From NCBI GenBank assembly GCA_963742735.1, contig CAVUMN010000003.1, forward strand, positions 32,001 to 96,000: a stretch of 64,000 nucleotides of DNA, read 5' to 3'. The notes beneath the pieces were generated by a model. The model ran no database searches and was not told the DNA's origin. It saw only the letters and a list, made by a program, of their open reading frames with translations. Shown piece after piece: positions 1-10,516 of the stretch. Each line of letters opens with the position of its first letter. The first letter of the stretch is position 1. The translations under genes and the position numbers were made by a program. This DNA comes from an uncultured Actinomycetes bacterium (GTDB lineage Bacteria; Actinomycetota; UBA4738; JBBDTT01).

Positions 1-133
1 CGAGCGCCCCCGCGCCCAGCGCGCGGATGGCCGGGGTGGTGACCACCGCGCCGCCAACGCCGAACGAGGCCGACAGGACGCCGCTGGCCAGCCCGGCCAG
101 GACGGTGAGGGCGATCCGAAGGATGTCGGGCAC
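1..133 (-). CDS. Sulfite exporter TauE/SafE family membrane protein (5' part; runs off the window start)
   Basis: Manual translation from GTG 133: MPDILRIALTVLAGLASGVLSASFGVGGAVVTTPAIRALG, matching the TauE G-x-x-S-G...FGVGG..TP motif; TACCCT -10 lies 7 nt upstream. Confidence 0.75.
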   Translation of the reverse strand, partial: MPDILRIALTVLAGLASGVLSASFGVGGAVVTTPAIRALGAGAL

Positions 134-177
134 GCGCGCAAGGGTAGGTCAGCGCGGCGCCCGCGCGGGCGCTCCGG

Positions 178-1083
178 TCAGGAGGCCAGGACGGGGAGCC
201 AGCCGGGGAGCTCGGGGGCGCGGTCGGTCGGCGCCCCCGCGCGCGTCGTCGCGGCCAGCTGGTGATCGGCGCCGGCCGAGGCCGCCGACGACTCGGCCGG
301 GAGCACGAATCGAACCCCGGTCGAGCCGACCCGGGTGGCGTGCACGGAGCCGGCCCCGTCCACCCCGGAGAGCTTCGCCATCAGGTGCCCGCGCTCGTAC
401 ACGATCCGGGCCACGACGTCGGCGCCGTCGATCGCCCCGTCGGTGTTGACGTCGAACAGGACGGAGAGCCGGTACGGGGTGCCGGGCCGCAGGGCCAAGG
501 TCGCCCAGCGGTCCCAGGTGAGGACGGTGACCACCAGGTCGCCCGCCCCGTTCCGGTTGGCCGCCAGCGAGCGGACGTCGAGCTGGCCCCGTACGTCGTC
601 TCGGTCGGTGACCACGGTGCGGCCCTCGGGGACCACGACGAGGGTGGCCTCCATCGAGGTGATGGGATTGTTCGAGGTCTCTCCGCCGTGGACGGTGCAC
701 ACGTAGGGGAACACGCCGGGCACGGCGAACGACGCGCGGAACGGGAACCCGTCGGCGCGGTGGGTCCCCGAGGCGAACAACGGCTTGCCGCGGAACGTCG
801 CGATCGAGGTCGCGTCGTGCCCGGGGCACGACAGTGGGCTGCCCGGGATCTGGAAGTAGAGAGACTCGCAGTTCGGCATGGGGTCGAGCGGGTCCTCGTC
901 GTCGTAGTGCCACTCGACGATCCGACCGCGGTTCACGACCAGCCGCTCGGGCAGGAACTCGAAGTCCTTCATGCTCACCACGGCGGGGGCCGGGGCCGAG
1001 GACGCCGCATGGGCCGGGGGCGCGAGCGGGACCCACACGCAGAGCGCGAGTAGAAGCGCGAGCGACCGGCGGACGGACGTCAC
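178..1083 (-). CDS. Secreted cupredoxin/plastocyanin-like protein with an additional C-terminal domain
   Basis: Signal peptide ending AHA; DFEFLPERLVV..G..VEW; His in GHDAT; PGVFPYVCTVH...M type-1 copper motif; GTG 1083 preceded by TACGAT. Confidence 0.7.
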   Translation of the reverse strand: MTSVRRSLALLLALCVWVPLAPPAHAASSAPAPAVVSMKDFEFLPERLVVNRGRIVEWHYDDEDPLDPMPNCESLYFQIPGSPLSCPGHDATSIATFRGKPLFASGTHRADGFPFRASFAVPGVFPYVCTVHGGETSNNPITSMEATLVVVPEGRTVVTDRDDVRGQLDVRSLAANRNGAGDLVVTVLTWDRWATLALRPGTPYRLSVLFDVNTDGAIDGADVVARIVYERGHLMAKLSGVDGAGSVHATRVGSTGVRFVLPAESSAASAGADHQLAATTRAGAPTDRAPELPGWLPVLAS

Positions 1084-1142
1084 CGATGCATCGTACGTCC
1101 GCCCGTCGGTCCAAGGGAGCGCCGGCTCGGGGGTATGCCGTA

Positions 1143-1604
1143 CTACTTCTGTTGCTCGACCTCGCCGCGCCACGCTCCGGTCTCGGAGCCGCGCTCCTCG
1201 ATGAAGGTCTTGAAGCGCTCCAGGTCACCCTGGATGCGAGCGCCGACCACGCCGAGCTTCTCCGCGGCGTTCTCGGCGAACCCCTCCGGGTCGAACTCCA
1301 TCTGGAGCATCACCCGGGTGCGGTTGGGATCGAGCTTGTGGAAGGTCACGACCCCGGCGTTGGTGGCGCCCTCCGTGCTGCGCCACGCGACGCGCTCGTC
1401 GGGGTGCTGCTCGGTGATCTTGGCGGTCCACTCGCGCTCCTGGCCGGCGATCTCCGCCTTCCACCGCAGCGTCGTGTCGTCGAGCTGCTGGACCTGCTCG
1501 ACGCCCTCCATGAACTTCGGGAACTCCTCGAACTGCGTCCACTGGTTGTAGACCGTGCGTATGGGCTGGTCGACCTCGATCGACTTCTCGTAGGTCTTGG
1601 TCAT
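1143..1604 (-). CDS. SRPBCC (polyketide cyclase/START-like) family protein
   Basis: KSIEVDQPIRTVYNQWTQFEEFPKFMEGV...EQHPDERVAWRS..G..NAGVVTFH; GGAGGAG RBS. Confidence 0.9.
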   Translation of the reverse strand: MTKTYEKSIEVDQPIRTVYNQWTQFEEFPKFMEGVEQVQQLDDTTLRWKAEIAGQEREWTAKITEQHPDERVAWRSTEGATNAGVVTFHKLDPNRTRVMLQMEFDPEGFAENAAEKLGVVGARIQGDLERFKTFIEERGSETGAWRGEVEQQK

Positions 1605-1655
1605 GGCGAGGCTCCTCCTCCGTCATTGGATGTGGGGCGTCCTCACCACCATTCC

Positions 1656-1680
1656 TACCCAGGGAGCGTGCTGGCGAATC
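1656..1680 (-). promoter_or_regulatory. Possible SigB/SigF-type promoter (GATT-N16-GGGTA) for the SRPBCC gene
   Basis: Minus strand reads GATT cgccagcacgctccct GGGTA, resembling the actinobacterial GTTT-N15-17-GGGTA consensus with one mismatch. Confidence 0.35.
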
Positions 1681-1691
1681 GGTCGACCCCG

Positions 1692-2537
1692 TCAACTCAG
1701 GTCGATCTCGAGCCCCTCGTAGGCGAGCACGGGGGGCGAGCCCTCCTCGCCCCACAGCTCCTCGGCCCGGCCCAGGATGCGCTCGAGCTGGTCGTCGTTG
1801 TGCAGCGGGTCGTGGTGGAACATCACCAGGTGCTCCACCTTGGAGATCGAGGCGAAGGACACGACGTGGTCGGTGCTGGAGTGACCCCAGCCGACCTTCT
1901 CGGGGTACTCCTCCTCGCTGTACTGGGCGTCGTGGAGCAGGTAGTCGGCGCCGAGGGCGATCGAGTACCCCGAGACCCAGTCCGGCGACACGGTGCGCAG
2001 GTCGACCCCCAGCGCCGGCTCGTGGTCGGGGATGTAGGCGAGCACCCGGTCGTTCTCCTCGATGCGGTAGCCCACCGAGGGGCCCGGATGCGAGACCGGC
2101 TGGGCCATCACCCGGGCGCTGCCGATCTCCCATTCCTCGTCCGGCACGTTGTGGAAGGTCGGGTTCGACGGGATGTCGGCCAGGTGGATCGGGAACAGCG
2201 GGGGCGACAGGTAGCGGGCGATCCTCTCCTCCAGGCTGCGCAGCGGCGAGGGCGGGCCCCACACGTGGAGCTCGACGTCGGGGCTCCACAACGGCGAGAA
2301 GAACCCGAGGCCCTCCAGGTGGTCCAGGTGCAGGTGCGAGAGCAGCAGGTGGATCACCTTCGGACGGTCGCTGCCGAGCGAGAGCCCGAACGGGCGGATA
2401 CCCGTCCCGGCGTCGAGGATGATCAGCGAGCCGTCGGCTAGCCGCAGCTCGACGCACGAGGTGTTTCCCCCGTACCTGACCGTCTCCGGTCCCGGCGCCG
2501 CGAGTGAGCCGCGGCAGCCCCAGATCTTCGCTCGCAC
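1692..2537 (-). CDS. MBL-fold metallo-hydrolase (putative cyclic-nucleotide phosphodiesterase)
   Basis: WGCRGS..PG..TVRYGGNTSCVE, LDAGTG, SHLHLDHLEG metal motif, DHEP, LHDAQY, GWGHS, FHHDP. Confidence 0.88.
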   Translation of the reverse strand: MRAKIWGCRGSLAAPGPETVRYGGNTSCVELRLADGSLIILDAGTGIRPFGLSLGSDRPKVIHLLLSHLHLDHLEGLGFFSPLWSPDVELHVWGPPSPLRSLEERIARYLSPPLFPIHLADIPSNPTFHNVPDEEWEIGSARVMAQPVSHPGPSVGYRIEENDRVLAYIPDHEPALGVDLRTVSPDWVSGYSIALGADYLLHDAQYSEEEYPEKVGWGHSSTDHVVSFASISKVEHLVMFHHDPLHNDDQLERILGRAEELWGEEGSPPVLAYEGLEIDLS

Positions 2538-2546
2538 CCGTTCCTC

Positions 2547-2963
2547 CTAGGGACTGCCGTCCCGTTCGTCCTCCCAGAACACCGCGACCGCGCCCACGAA
2601 CTCCTGCTCGCGGGCGAACAGCGGGAACGCGGTGACCGACAACAGCCGCTCCGTGCCGTCGAAGCTCGTGATGAAGAAGCGGGCATGCGCGGGCTGGTGC
2701 TTCAGCAGCGCCCACGAGAGGGGCAGCTCGTCGAGGCCCATCGGGGAGCCGTCCGCGTTGCGCGGGGCGAAGTCGGTCCCCCACTGCTCGCGGGAGAGCT
2801 CGCCCGTCTCGGCGAACGAGCTCCCCAGGATGGCCTCCGCCGGCTCGTTGAAGTACACGAGCGTCCCCTCGGGGTCCACGATGAACATGGCCGTCGCGAG
2901 CTTCGATGCCAGCTCGCGGGCCAGGATCAACACGATGCTCTTCTGGGGCGTCGGAGAGGCCAT
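2547..2963 (-). CDS. Stand-alone PAS domain protein
   Basis: MASPTPQKSIVLILARELASKLATAMFIVDPEGTLVYFNEPAEAILG...VTAFPL...VGAVAVFW is a PAS pattern; ATG 2963 lies inside track ORF 2547..3599. Confidence 0.85.
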   Translation of the reverse strand: MASPTPQKSIVLILARELASKLATAMFIVDPEGTLVYFNEPAEAILGSSFAETGELSREQWGTDFAPRNADGSPMGLDELPLSWALLKHQPAHARFFITSFDGTERLLSVTAFPLFAREQEFVGAVAVFWEDERDGSP

Positions 2964-3068
2964 GGACTGCCCAGGGTATCCGTCGGATGGGGGACCCCAC
3001 AAGACGCGCCAACTGTGACGCGCGACACATCTCCCGGCATCCCCAGGACGGTGGTTCAATGGATCGAC

Positions 3069-5045
3069 GTGAGCGTCGAGACTCAGCTGGACGACCATCT
3101 GCGCGCGGGCCGGGAGGCTCTTGCCCGCCATGCCTGGGGTGAGGCGTTCGAGCACCTCCAGGCGGCCGATCAGGCCGGCGACCTGGACGCCGACGGCCTG
3201 AAGGACCTGGGGTGGGCCGCGTGGTGGTCGGGCCACTCGGACGAATGCGTGGCCGCCCGGTCCCGCGCCATCGCCGCGTACGTGGCCGAGGGCCGCCCGG
3301 AGGATGCCGCGCGAGTCGGCCTCGACCTGACCATGGTGCTCTCCAACCGCGGCGAGAGCGCCGCCGCGAACGGCCGGCTGACCCAGGTCAAACGGCTCCT
3401 CGAGGGCCGGCCCGAGTCCCCGGAACACTCCTACCTCGAGTCGGTCTTGGCGGTGTACGCGCAGTACGGCGGCCAGGGTCCGGAGGCGGCTCTCGAGCAC
3501 GCGGAACGATCCGTGGCCATCGCGGAGCGATCCGGGGTCCGGGAGCAAGTGGCCGTCGCGCTGAACCGCTACGGAGCGATCAAGGTGTGGGCCGGCCACG
3601 TCGAGGAGGGCCTCGCGCTGCTCGACGAGTCGATGGTCGCCGCCGTCGAGGGCGACCTGGACCCGTTCGTCACCGGGGTCATCTACTGCAACATGATCTC
3701 GGCCTGCTCAGAGCTGGCCGACTACCGGCGGGCCGGCGAGTGGACCGAGGCCGCGCGGCGGTGGTGCGAACGGCAGTCCATCAACGGGTTCCCCGGGATC
3801 TGCCGGGTCCACCGGGCCGAGATCATGCGCCTGCGCGGCGCCTGGAAGGACGCGGAGGTCGAGGCGCGCCGCGCGGCCGACGAGCTCGGCGGACACGGCA
3901 TCCTGAGCATCGCCTCCGCGGGCCTGTACGAGGTGGGTGAGATCCGCCTTCGGATGGGCGACCTGGCGGGCGCCAAGGAGGCGTTCCGCCAGGCGCACGA
4001 GTTCGGCCGCGACCCTCAACCCGGCCTGGCCTACGTGTGGCTGGCGGAGGGACGGCTCGACGCCGCCGCGGCGGCGATCAACGCGGCGCTGACGGGAAAC
4101 TCTGTAGACCGGCTGCACCGGGCCCGGCTGCTTCCCGCCCGGGTCGAGATGGCCGTTCGCACGGGAGACCTGGAGTCGGCCCGGGCCGCCGCCGAGGAGC
4201 TCGACGCGATCGCCGAGGCCTACGGATCGCAGGCCCTGATGGCAAGCGCCGCGTCGTGCCGGGCCAGCGTGCGCATGCTCGAGGGCGACGTCGAGGCGGC
4301 GATCGGCGACGCGCGAGCCGCGTACCGCTTATGGCATGAGGTTGAGGCTCCATTCGAGGCATCGCGGGTCCGGGTGCTGCTCGCGGAGATCCACTCCCGC
4401 GCGGGCGACCAGGACTCCGCGCTCCTGGAGCTCCAGGCCGCCCGGGCTACGTTCGAGGAGCTGGGGGCGATCCCCGACGCGCGGGCCGCCGCCGAGGCCA
4501 TGGAGGCCCTCGAGTCGAGCGGCGCCGGGGAGTCGAAGGACACGCGCGAGGTCCGCACCTTTATGTTCACCGACATCGTCGGGTCCACGAACCTCCTCGA
4601 GGTCCTCGGCGACGAGTCGTGGACCGGGGTGCTCCGATGGCACGACGCCGCCTTGCGGGCGCTGTTCGCGGACCATCGGGGCGAGGAGATCGACCACACC
4701 GGCGACGGGTTCTTCGTCGCGTTCCCCGACGCCGCCCACGCCGTGGCCTGCGCGGTCGCGATCCAGCGCGGCTGGCCGAGCAACGGCGCGACCACGGTTT
4801 CGCGCCGCAGGTCCGGATCGGCCTGCACGCCGCCGAGGCGACCCGCCAGGCCGGCTCGTACCGCGGAAAGGCGGTGCACGAGGCGGCGCGCATCGGGGCG
4901 CTGGCCACGGCCGGGGAGATCCTCGCCAGCGTGAACACCGCCCGCGACGCCGGGGACGCCGCTTCGTACGGGGAGCCCCGTTCGGTCGCGCTTAAGGGGT
5001 TGGAGGCCCCGGTCGGACGTAGTCTCCATCCAGTGGCAGAGCTAG
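3069..5045 (+). CDS. TPR/MalT-like helical domain plus class III adenylate/guanylate cyclase (frameshifts at about 4769 and 5005)
   Basis: Helical region (YCNMISAC..LADYRRAGEWTEA..RWCE..GICRVHRAEI), then FMFTDIVGST, TGDGFF; continues in another frame as VRIGLH..E...GKAVHEAARI..LA..GEILAS..LKG; removing one G at about 5005 gives VDVVSIQWQS-TAG. Confidence 0.8.
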
Positions 5046-6227
5046 CCGCGGTCGCCTCGCCCGACGTCTGGGAGCGCATCCAGGACCTGCCGCGCCGATT
5101 CCGCCCGCAGGCCGCCGCCGGGCTCACCGCCGAGTACCTGCTTCGGGTCGACGGCGCCGACTTCACGGTGACCGTCGTCGACGGCGCGTGCTACGTGCGG
5201 CAGGGCCCGAGCCTGTCGCCGCAGGCCCGCATCGGGACGGACGCCGACACGTGGCTGGCCCTGGACGACGGACGGCTGACGGGCGCCGATGCGTTCCTGT
5301 CCGGCAAGCTCGCCGCGCGGGGCAACCTGGACCTGGCGGTCAGGCTCCAGACGATGTTCGAGCCCCACGCGCGGCCGCGGCGCCCATCCGACATCGAGCA
5401 GACCGACGTTCGGGTCAACGGCATCTCGCTGTCGACCTATGCGTTCGGCGAGGGGTCGCCGGTCTACCTGCTCCACGGCCTCGGCGGAACGAAGGTCTCC
5501 TGGATGCCGCTCCTGGAGCCGCTGGGGGAGCACTACCGGGTGATCGTCCCCGACCTCCCCGGCCACGGGGACTCGGACAAACCGAGGGCCGACTACAGCC
5601 CCCACTATTACGCCGACGTCGTCCGCAAGCTGATGGACGTGCTCGGTACCGGCCCGGCGGCGCTGCTCGGGAACTCGCTCGGGGGACGGATCGCTCTGGA
5701 GATGGCGGTGCGCTACCCGAAGCGGGTCAAGGCCCTCGCGCTGCTGGGGGCGGCCGTGCCCGGCCTGCGGTGGCGGTACCTGGTGGGCTTCACCCGCGTC
5801 GCGCCGACCGAGATCGCCGGTCTGCCGTTTCCCATGCGCGAGCGGTGGATGCAGCTGTCGATCCGGCGGTTGTTCGCCCGGCCCGAGCGGCTTCCCGCCG
5901 AACGCGTACGAGGCCGGCGCCGACGAGTTCATGCGCGTCTACCGGGAGGGACGGGCGCGGATCGCGTTCTGGGGCTCGCTGCAGAAGATCGTCATGGAGC
6001 GGCCCGACGAGTTCTTGCCGCGGCTGCGACGGGTGCAGGCCCCGGCGTTGATCCTGCACGGCGACCGCGACCGGCTGGTGCCGATCCGGCTCGGGAACCG
6101 GCTGGCCGAGGCGCTGCCCACCGCGGAGTACCGAGTGCTGGCCGACGTCGGCCACGTCCCGCAGTTCGAGGCGCCGCAGACGACCCGCGAGGCCGTCCTC
6201 GGGTTCCTGGAGACCGTCGCCGCCTGA
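5033..6227 (+). CDS. SCP2 sterol-carrier domain plus alpha/beta hydrolase (frameshift at about 5895)
   Basis: GTG 5033 MAELAAVASPDVW; SCP2-like AFLSGKLAARGNLDLA; LLHGLGG, PDLPGHGDS, GNSLGG nucleophile, HGDRDRLVP, VGHVPQFE. Confidence 0.8.
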
Positions 6228-6235
6228 GGCGCGGA

Positions 6236-8651
6236 TCAGCCCGGCGCGCAGCCGAACTTCGAGAGCGGGCTGCGGCTCATGCGACGGCGGGCGCGTTGGC
6301 CCCGGTCGTGCCCCAGGACTCGTTCGCCGCCGGGCCCATGCTCAGGATCAGCCCGCCGCCGTCGGCGATCGCCGAGTGCGCGAACCACGTGCGCGAGAAC
6401 GCCGCCCCGTCCAGGGTCCCGGACTGCACGTACTTGCCGGCGGGGACACGCCAGGGGCCTTGACGGTGAAGCGCGGCCCGCGGGCAGACGGAGTGCGGGC
6501 TTCGGGGAACACGGGGCTGCCGATCACGTACATCGGCGCGCCCGCGATGGCCGGGTAGAAGCCGAGGGCACTCCACACGTACCACGGCGCTCATCGTCCC
6601 CAGGTCGTCGTTGCCCGGGCAGGCCGTCGGGGGTCGGCCGGTACAGGCCCTGGTAGGCCCGAGCCAGCGCCTGGGTCTTCCACGGCTGCGAGGTCCAGTC
6701 GTAGAGGAAGGGCGCGTGCAGGTCGTGCTCGTTCGAGGGCGCGTACTGGTTGCCGTAGTAGAAGATTCCGAACGCGGTGATCTTCTGCTGGATCTCGGGG
6801 TGACCGACCCAGGGGGACGTCGCGGTGAGGGCCAGTGGAGAAGAAGTCGTCCAGGCGTTCCTCGACGGTCCGACCCGGCCTTTGGGATCGCCGATGGCGG
6901 CGAACAGCCCGGCCACGTCGTGGGGAACCAGCCACGTGTACTGCCAGCCCGTGCCCTCACGGAAGTGGTCGGGAAGCTCGGGGTGATAGTCGGGATCCAG
7001 GACCCGTTCATGCCGTGGCCGGACGAACCGCGTCTGTGGGTCGAAGACGTTGCGCCAGCTCGCGGCCCTGCCAGGAGCGCCGACCGCGGTCCGGGACGCG
7101 GCCGAGATCTTCGGCGACGAGGGCAAGGGCGAAGTCGCCCAGGGCGTGCTCAAGGGTGGAGCTCGCGCCGCTCCCGCTGATGTCGTATGGGACGTACCCG
7201 TACTTCAGGTACGACGGGATCGCGGTGGTCGGGTCAGGGCCAGGCGCACGCCCTCGGCGAACAGCGGCTCGACCGCGCCCTCGGGCACCGAGCCCGCGAC
7301 AGTACGCGTCGGCGAATACCTGCAGCGCCGGCTCGCCGTTCATGAAGTCGGCGTACTCGGTCATCAATCCCCAGCGCGGCAGCCGGCCGCCCCACCGGCG
7401 GATCGCCTCCAGGCTCCACACCATGTCCCGGAACCGGTCCGGCGCCACGAGCATCAGCAGCTGCACCTGGCCGCGGTAGGTGTCCCAGAAGGAGAAGTTC
7501 GCGTAGTGCTCGGTCCCCGCCGGCATGGGATCGCCCGGGGCGCCGATCCGGTGGATCCGGTCGTCGTAGCCCATGTAGCGCCCGTCGGCGTCGGCGAACA
7601 GGTTGGGGTGCTGCAGCACGTGATAGAGGGCCGTGTAGAAGGACGTCTGCTCGAGCGGGGTGCCGCCCTCGACCTGGATCGCCTTCAGCTCGTCGTTCCA
7701 CGCCGCCCGGGTGCGCTCGCGCAGGGCGTCGAACCCGAAGTCGTCGGCCGGCAGCTCGTCCTCGAGGTTCGCCAGCGCGCCGGCCTGGTCGACGAAGGAG
7801 ATCCCGACCTTGATCACCACGTCGCGGTCTCCCGTGGCGTCGAAGCGCACCGCCGCGCCGGCGCCGGTGCCCGTGACCTCCGTCTTCGACCAGTCGACGG
7901 CCGCGCCCCGGGATCCCCACACCCCGAAGCCCTCGATGTCGCGGTCGAAGCGAGCGGCGAAGTGGACCGCGTAGTGGTCCTCGGCGGCGCGATCGGCGTT
8001 CGCCGTTCCGACGATGGTCCGCGAGCCGACCTGTTTCACCGTCGCCTTGTTGGTCCCGTCCGTCCGCTGCGGGCCCTCCGAGCCGCCGGCCACCTGGCGG
8101 CCGACGTCGAGCAGGACGTGGGCCTCGGGAACGGGAGGGAACGTATACCGGTGCATGCCCACGCGCTCGCCCGCGGTGAGCTCCGCGTCGATGCCGTAGC
8201 GGGCCAGGAGCACGCGGTAGTAGCCCGGCTCGGCTTCCTCCAGGGCGTGGGAGAAGGGCGACTGGTACTGCATGACGTCGGTGGACAGCACCGGCCCGGC
8301 GACCGGCATGAACGGAACGTTGCCGCCCTCGGACACGCCCATGCCCTGGACGTGCACGTGGCTGAACCCCCGGATGAACGCGTCCGCCCACTGGTAGCCC
8401 GTGTAGGCGAAGTTGCCCTCGGTGTCGGGCGAGAGCTGGACCATCCCGAACGGCGCCTGCGGTCCGGGGAAGACGAAGCCGGCGCCGAGGGTCCCGATGA
8501 ACGGGTCCACCAGGCCGGCGGGGTCGGCGACCGCCGCGGCGGATCCATCATCGGCCGGGCGGGCGGCGGCAGGGCCGGCGAACGAGGACGCCACCAGGGC
8601 GAGCGCGCACGCCACGACGGCAACGCGAGCGGGGCGGGAGCGGGCGGTCAT
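6236..8651 (-). CDS. GH92 alpha-1,2-mannosidase family glycoside hydrolase, secreted (several frameshifts in the 3' half)
   Basis: Signal peptide; VDPFIGT, FPGPQAPFGMVQLSPDT, FSHVH, FYTALYH, FSFWDTYR, EGTGWQYTWLVPHD, NEHDLHAP, PGNDDLGTMSA pieces spread across three frames; end inferred (..PPSMS..CAPG-TGA). Confidence 0.85.
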
Positions 8652-8698
8652 CTGAAGAACATGTTCCCCCGAAGGGGCGGCACTTCCTGCCGGGGCGG

Positions 8699-9403
8699 CT
8701 ACTCGACCACGATGCCGAGCGCCTCGGCGAGCATGCCGATCTCGTCCTGGAGCGCGGGCCACACGTTCCGGTTCCGGTCGCGCGCGGCGAGCTCCCGGAA
8801 CATGGCCACGCCCGGCCCGGGGTGCGCGGCGATCTGCTTCGCGAGCTCGACCGCGGCCGGGCGCACCTCCTCGGTCGAGCCGACCAGCCGGTTGAGGATC
8901 CCGGCCCGCGCGGCCTCCTCGGCGCCGATCGGGCGTCCGGTCAGGCCGACGTCGCGGGCCAGGCTCTCGCCCAGGATCGCCCGGAGCAATCCCCACGACG
9001 GCGGGATGCCGAACGTGACCTCGGGCGTGCCGAACACCGTCTCCGGTCCGCCCACGCGGAGGTCGGCCGCCAGCGAGAGATAGAACCCGCCGCCCATCGC
9101 CGCTCCGTGGGCGGCGGCGACCATCGGCTTCGGGTACGTCTGGAGGGTCTCGAACAGCAGGATCGTCGAGTCGTACAGGTCCCGGTGCCGGGTCCCGAAC
9201 TCCGACTTGTCGAACCCGCCGCAGAAGGCCGGTCCCTCCCCGGCCAGGACCACCGCCGCCACGTCCGGGTTGTCCGCCGCCTCCCGCAGCGACTGGACGA
9301 GCTCCAGGCGCAGCGAGATCCGCAGCGCGTTTCGCTTCTCCGGCCGGTTCAGGACGACCAGCCGCACGGGGCCCTCGTCGCGGGTGAACAGCTCCTCGGT
9401 CAC
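8699..9403 (-). CDS. Enoyl-CoA hydratase/isomerase family protein
   Basis: LNRPEKRNAL, GEGPAFCGGFD, PKPMVAAAHGAAMGGG, FGTPEV. Confidence 0.9.
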   Translation of the reverse strand: MTEELFTRDEGPVRLVVLNRPEKRNALRISLRLELVQSLREAADNPDVAAVVLAGEGPAFCGGFDKSEFGTRHRDLYDSTILLFETLQTYPKPMVAAAHGAAMGGGFYLSLAADLRVGGPETVFGTPEVTFGIPPSWGLLRAILGESLARDVGLTGRPIGAEEAARAGILNRLVGSTEEVRPAAVELAKQIAAHPGPGVAMFRELAARDRNRNVWPALQDEIGMLAEALGIVVE

Positions 9404-9432
9404 GGCCCGCGCAGCATATCGGGACTCATCCC

Positions 9433-9467
9433 TTGCATAGTCATGCACATTCATGCATACTCATGCG
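9433..9467 (+). promoter_or_regulatory. Tandem ARG boxes (ArgR operator) overlapping the argC promoter
   Basis: TGCAT-AGTC-ATGCA (9434-9447) and TGCAT-ACTC-ATGCG (9454-9467); -35 TTGCAT (9433), 17-bp spacer, -10 CATACT (9456). Confidence 0.85.
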
Positions 9468-9470
9468 TTC

Positions 9471-10516
9471 GTGGCCACCGAGACGATCCCCGTCGCCGTG
9501 CTCGGCGCCTCCGGCTTCGCCGGGGGGAGCTCATGCGCCTGCTCCTGGGGCACCCCGACCTGGAGCCCGCGTTCCTCGGCGCCCGCAGCGACGCCGGGAA
9601 GACGGTGGGCGAGGTGTTCCCGTACCTGGCGCCGCTCGCCGGCCGGACGTTCGAGCCGGTGGACGCCCTGGACGCCGCGTCCGTCGCTGCGGCCTTCGTC
9701 GCCCTGCCCGCCGGGGGAAGCGCCTCCGTCGTCCCCGGCCTGGTCGAGGCGGGCGTGCGCGTGGTGGACCTCGGTGCCGACTTCCGGCTCGTCGCCGGCG
9801 CGTATCCCGCCTGGTACGGCTTCGAGCACTCGGCCCCGGAGTGGCTCGACAAGGCGGTGTACGGCCTCACCGAGCGGACCCGGGAGTCGGTGGCCGGCGC
9901 CGCGATCGTCGCCAACCCGGGGTGCTACCCGACGCCGGTCGGCCTCGGCCTGGCCCCGCTGTTCGAGGCCGGGCAGCTCGATGCGTCGGGTCCGGTGATC
10001 GTCGACGGCAAGTCCGGGATCTCGGGGGCGGGGAAGGAGCCGACCGCGTCGTCGCACTTCGCGGCGCTCGACGGCTCGGTCCGCGCGTACAAGGTCGGCC
10101 GGCACCAGCACACGCCGGAGATGGAGATGGTCCTGCGCACCGGCGGGGCGACGCCCACCGTCACCTTCGTCCCGCACCTGGTGCCCACCGTCCGCGGCGT
10201 GGTCACGACCTGCTACGCGCGGCTCGCCGCCGGCGCGACCGCGGAGGACCTGCGGGCGACGCTGACGGCGGCCTACGCGGGGGAGCCGTTCGTGCGCGTC
10301 CTCGCGGACGGAGAGACCCCCGACCCGAAGCGTCTGACCGGGAGCAACGGGTGCGAGCTCTCCGCGCACGCCGACGCCCACGCCGGGACCGCGGTGGTGA
10401 TCGGGGCGGTCGACAACCTGGGCAAGGGTGCGGCCGGCCAGGCCATCCAGAACCTGAACCTGATGCTGGGGCTCACGGAGACGGCCGGGCTCACCGCGGT
10501 GGGGGTGTACCCGTGA
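9471..10516 (+). CDS. argC: N-acetyl-gamma-glutamyl-phosphate reductase (one G missing in the G-run at about 9522-9527)
   Basis: VAVLGASGFAGG(E)LMRLLLGHP, VVDLGADFRL, VANPGCYPT, SGISGAG, HQHTPEM, DNLGKGAAGQAIQNLN. Confidence 0.95.

Noticed and set aside
4619-6463. Track ORF suggesting a cyclase-SCP2-hydrolase triple fusion
   Set aside because: Removing one G at about 5005 gives a normal cyclase end (VDVVSIQWQS-stop), and an in-frame GTG at 5033 starts the hydrolase; the fusion is explained by indels.
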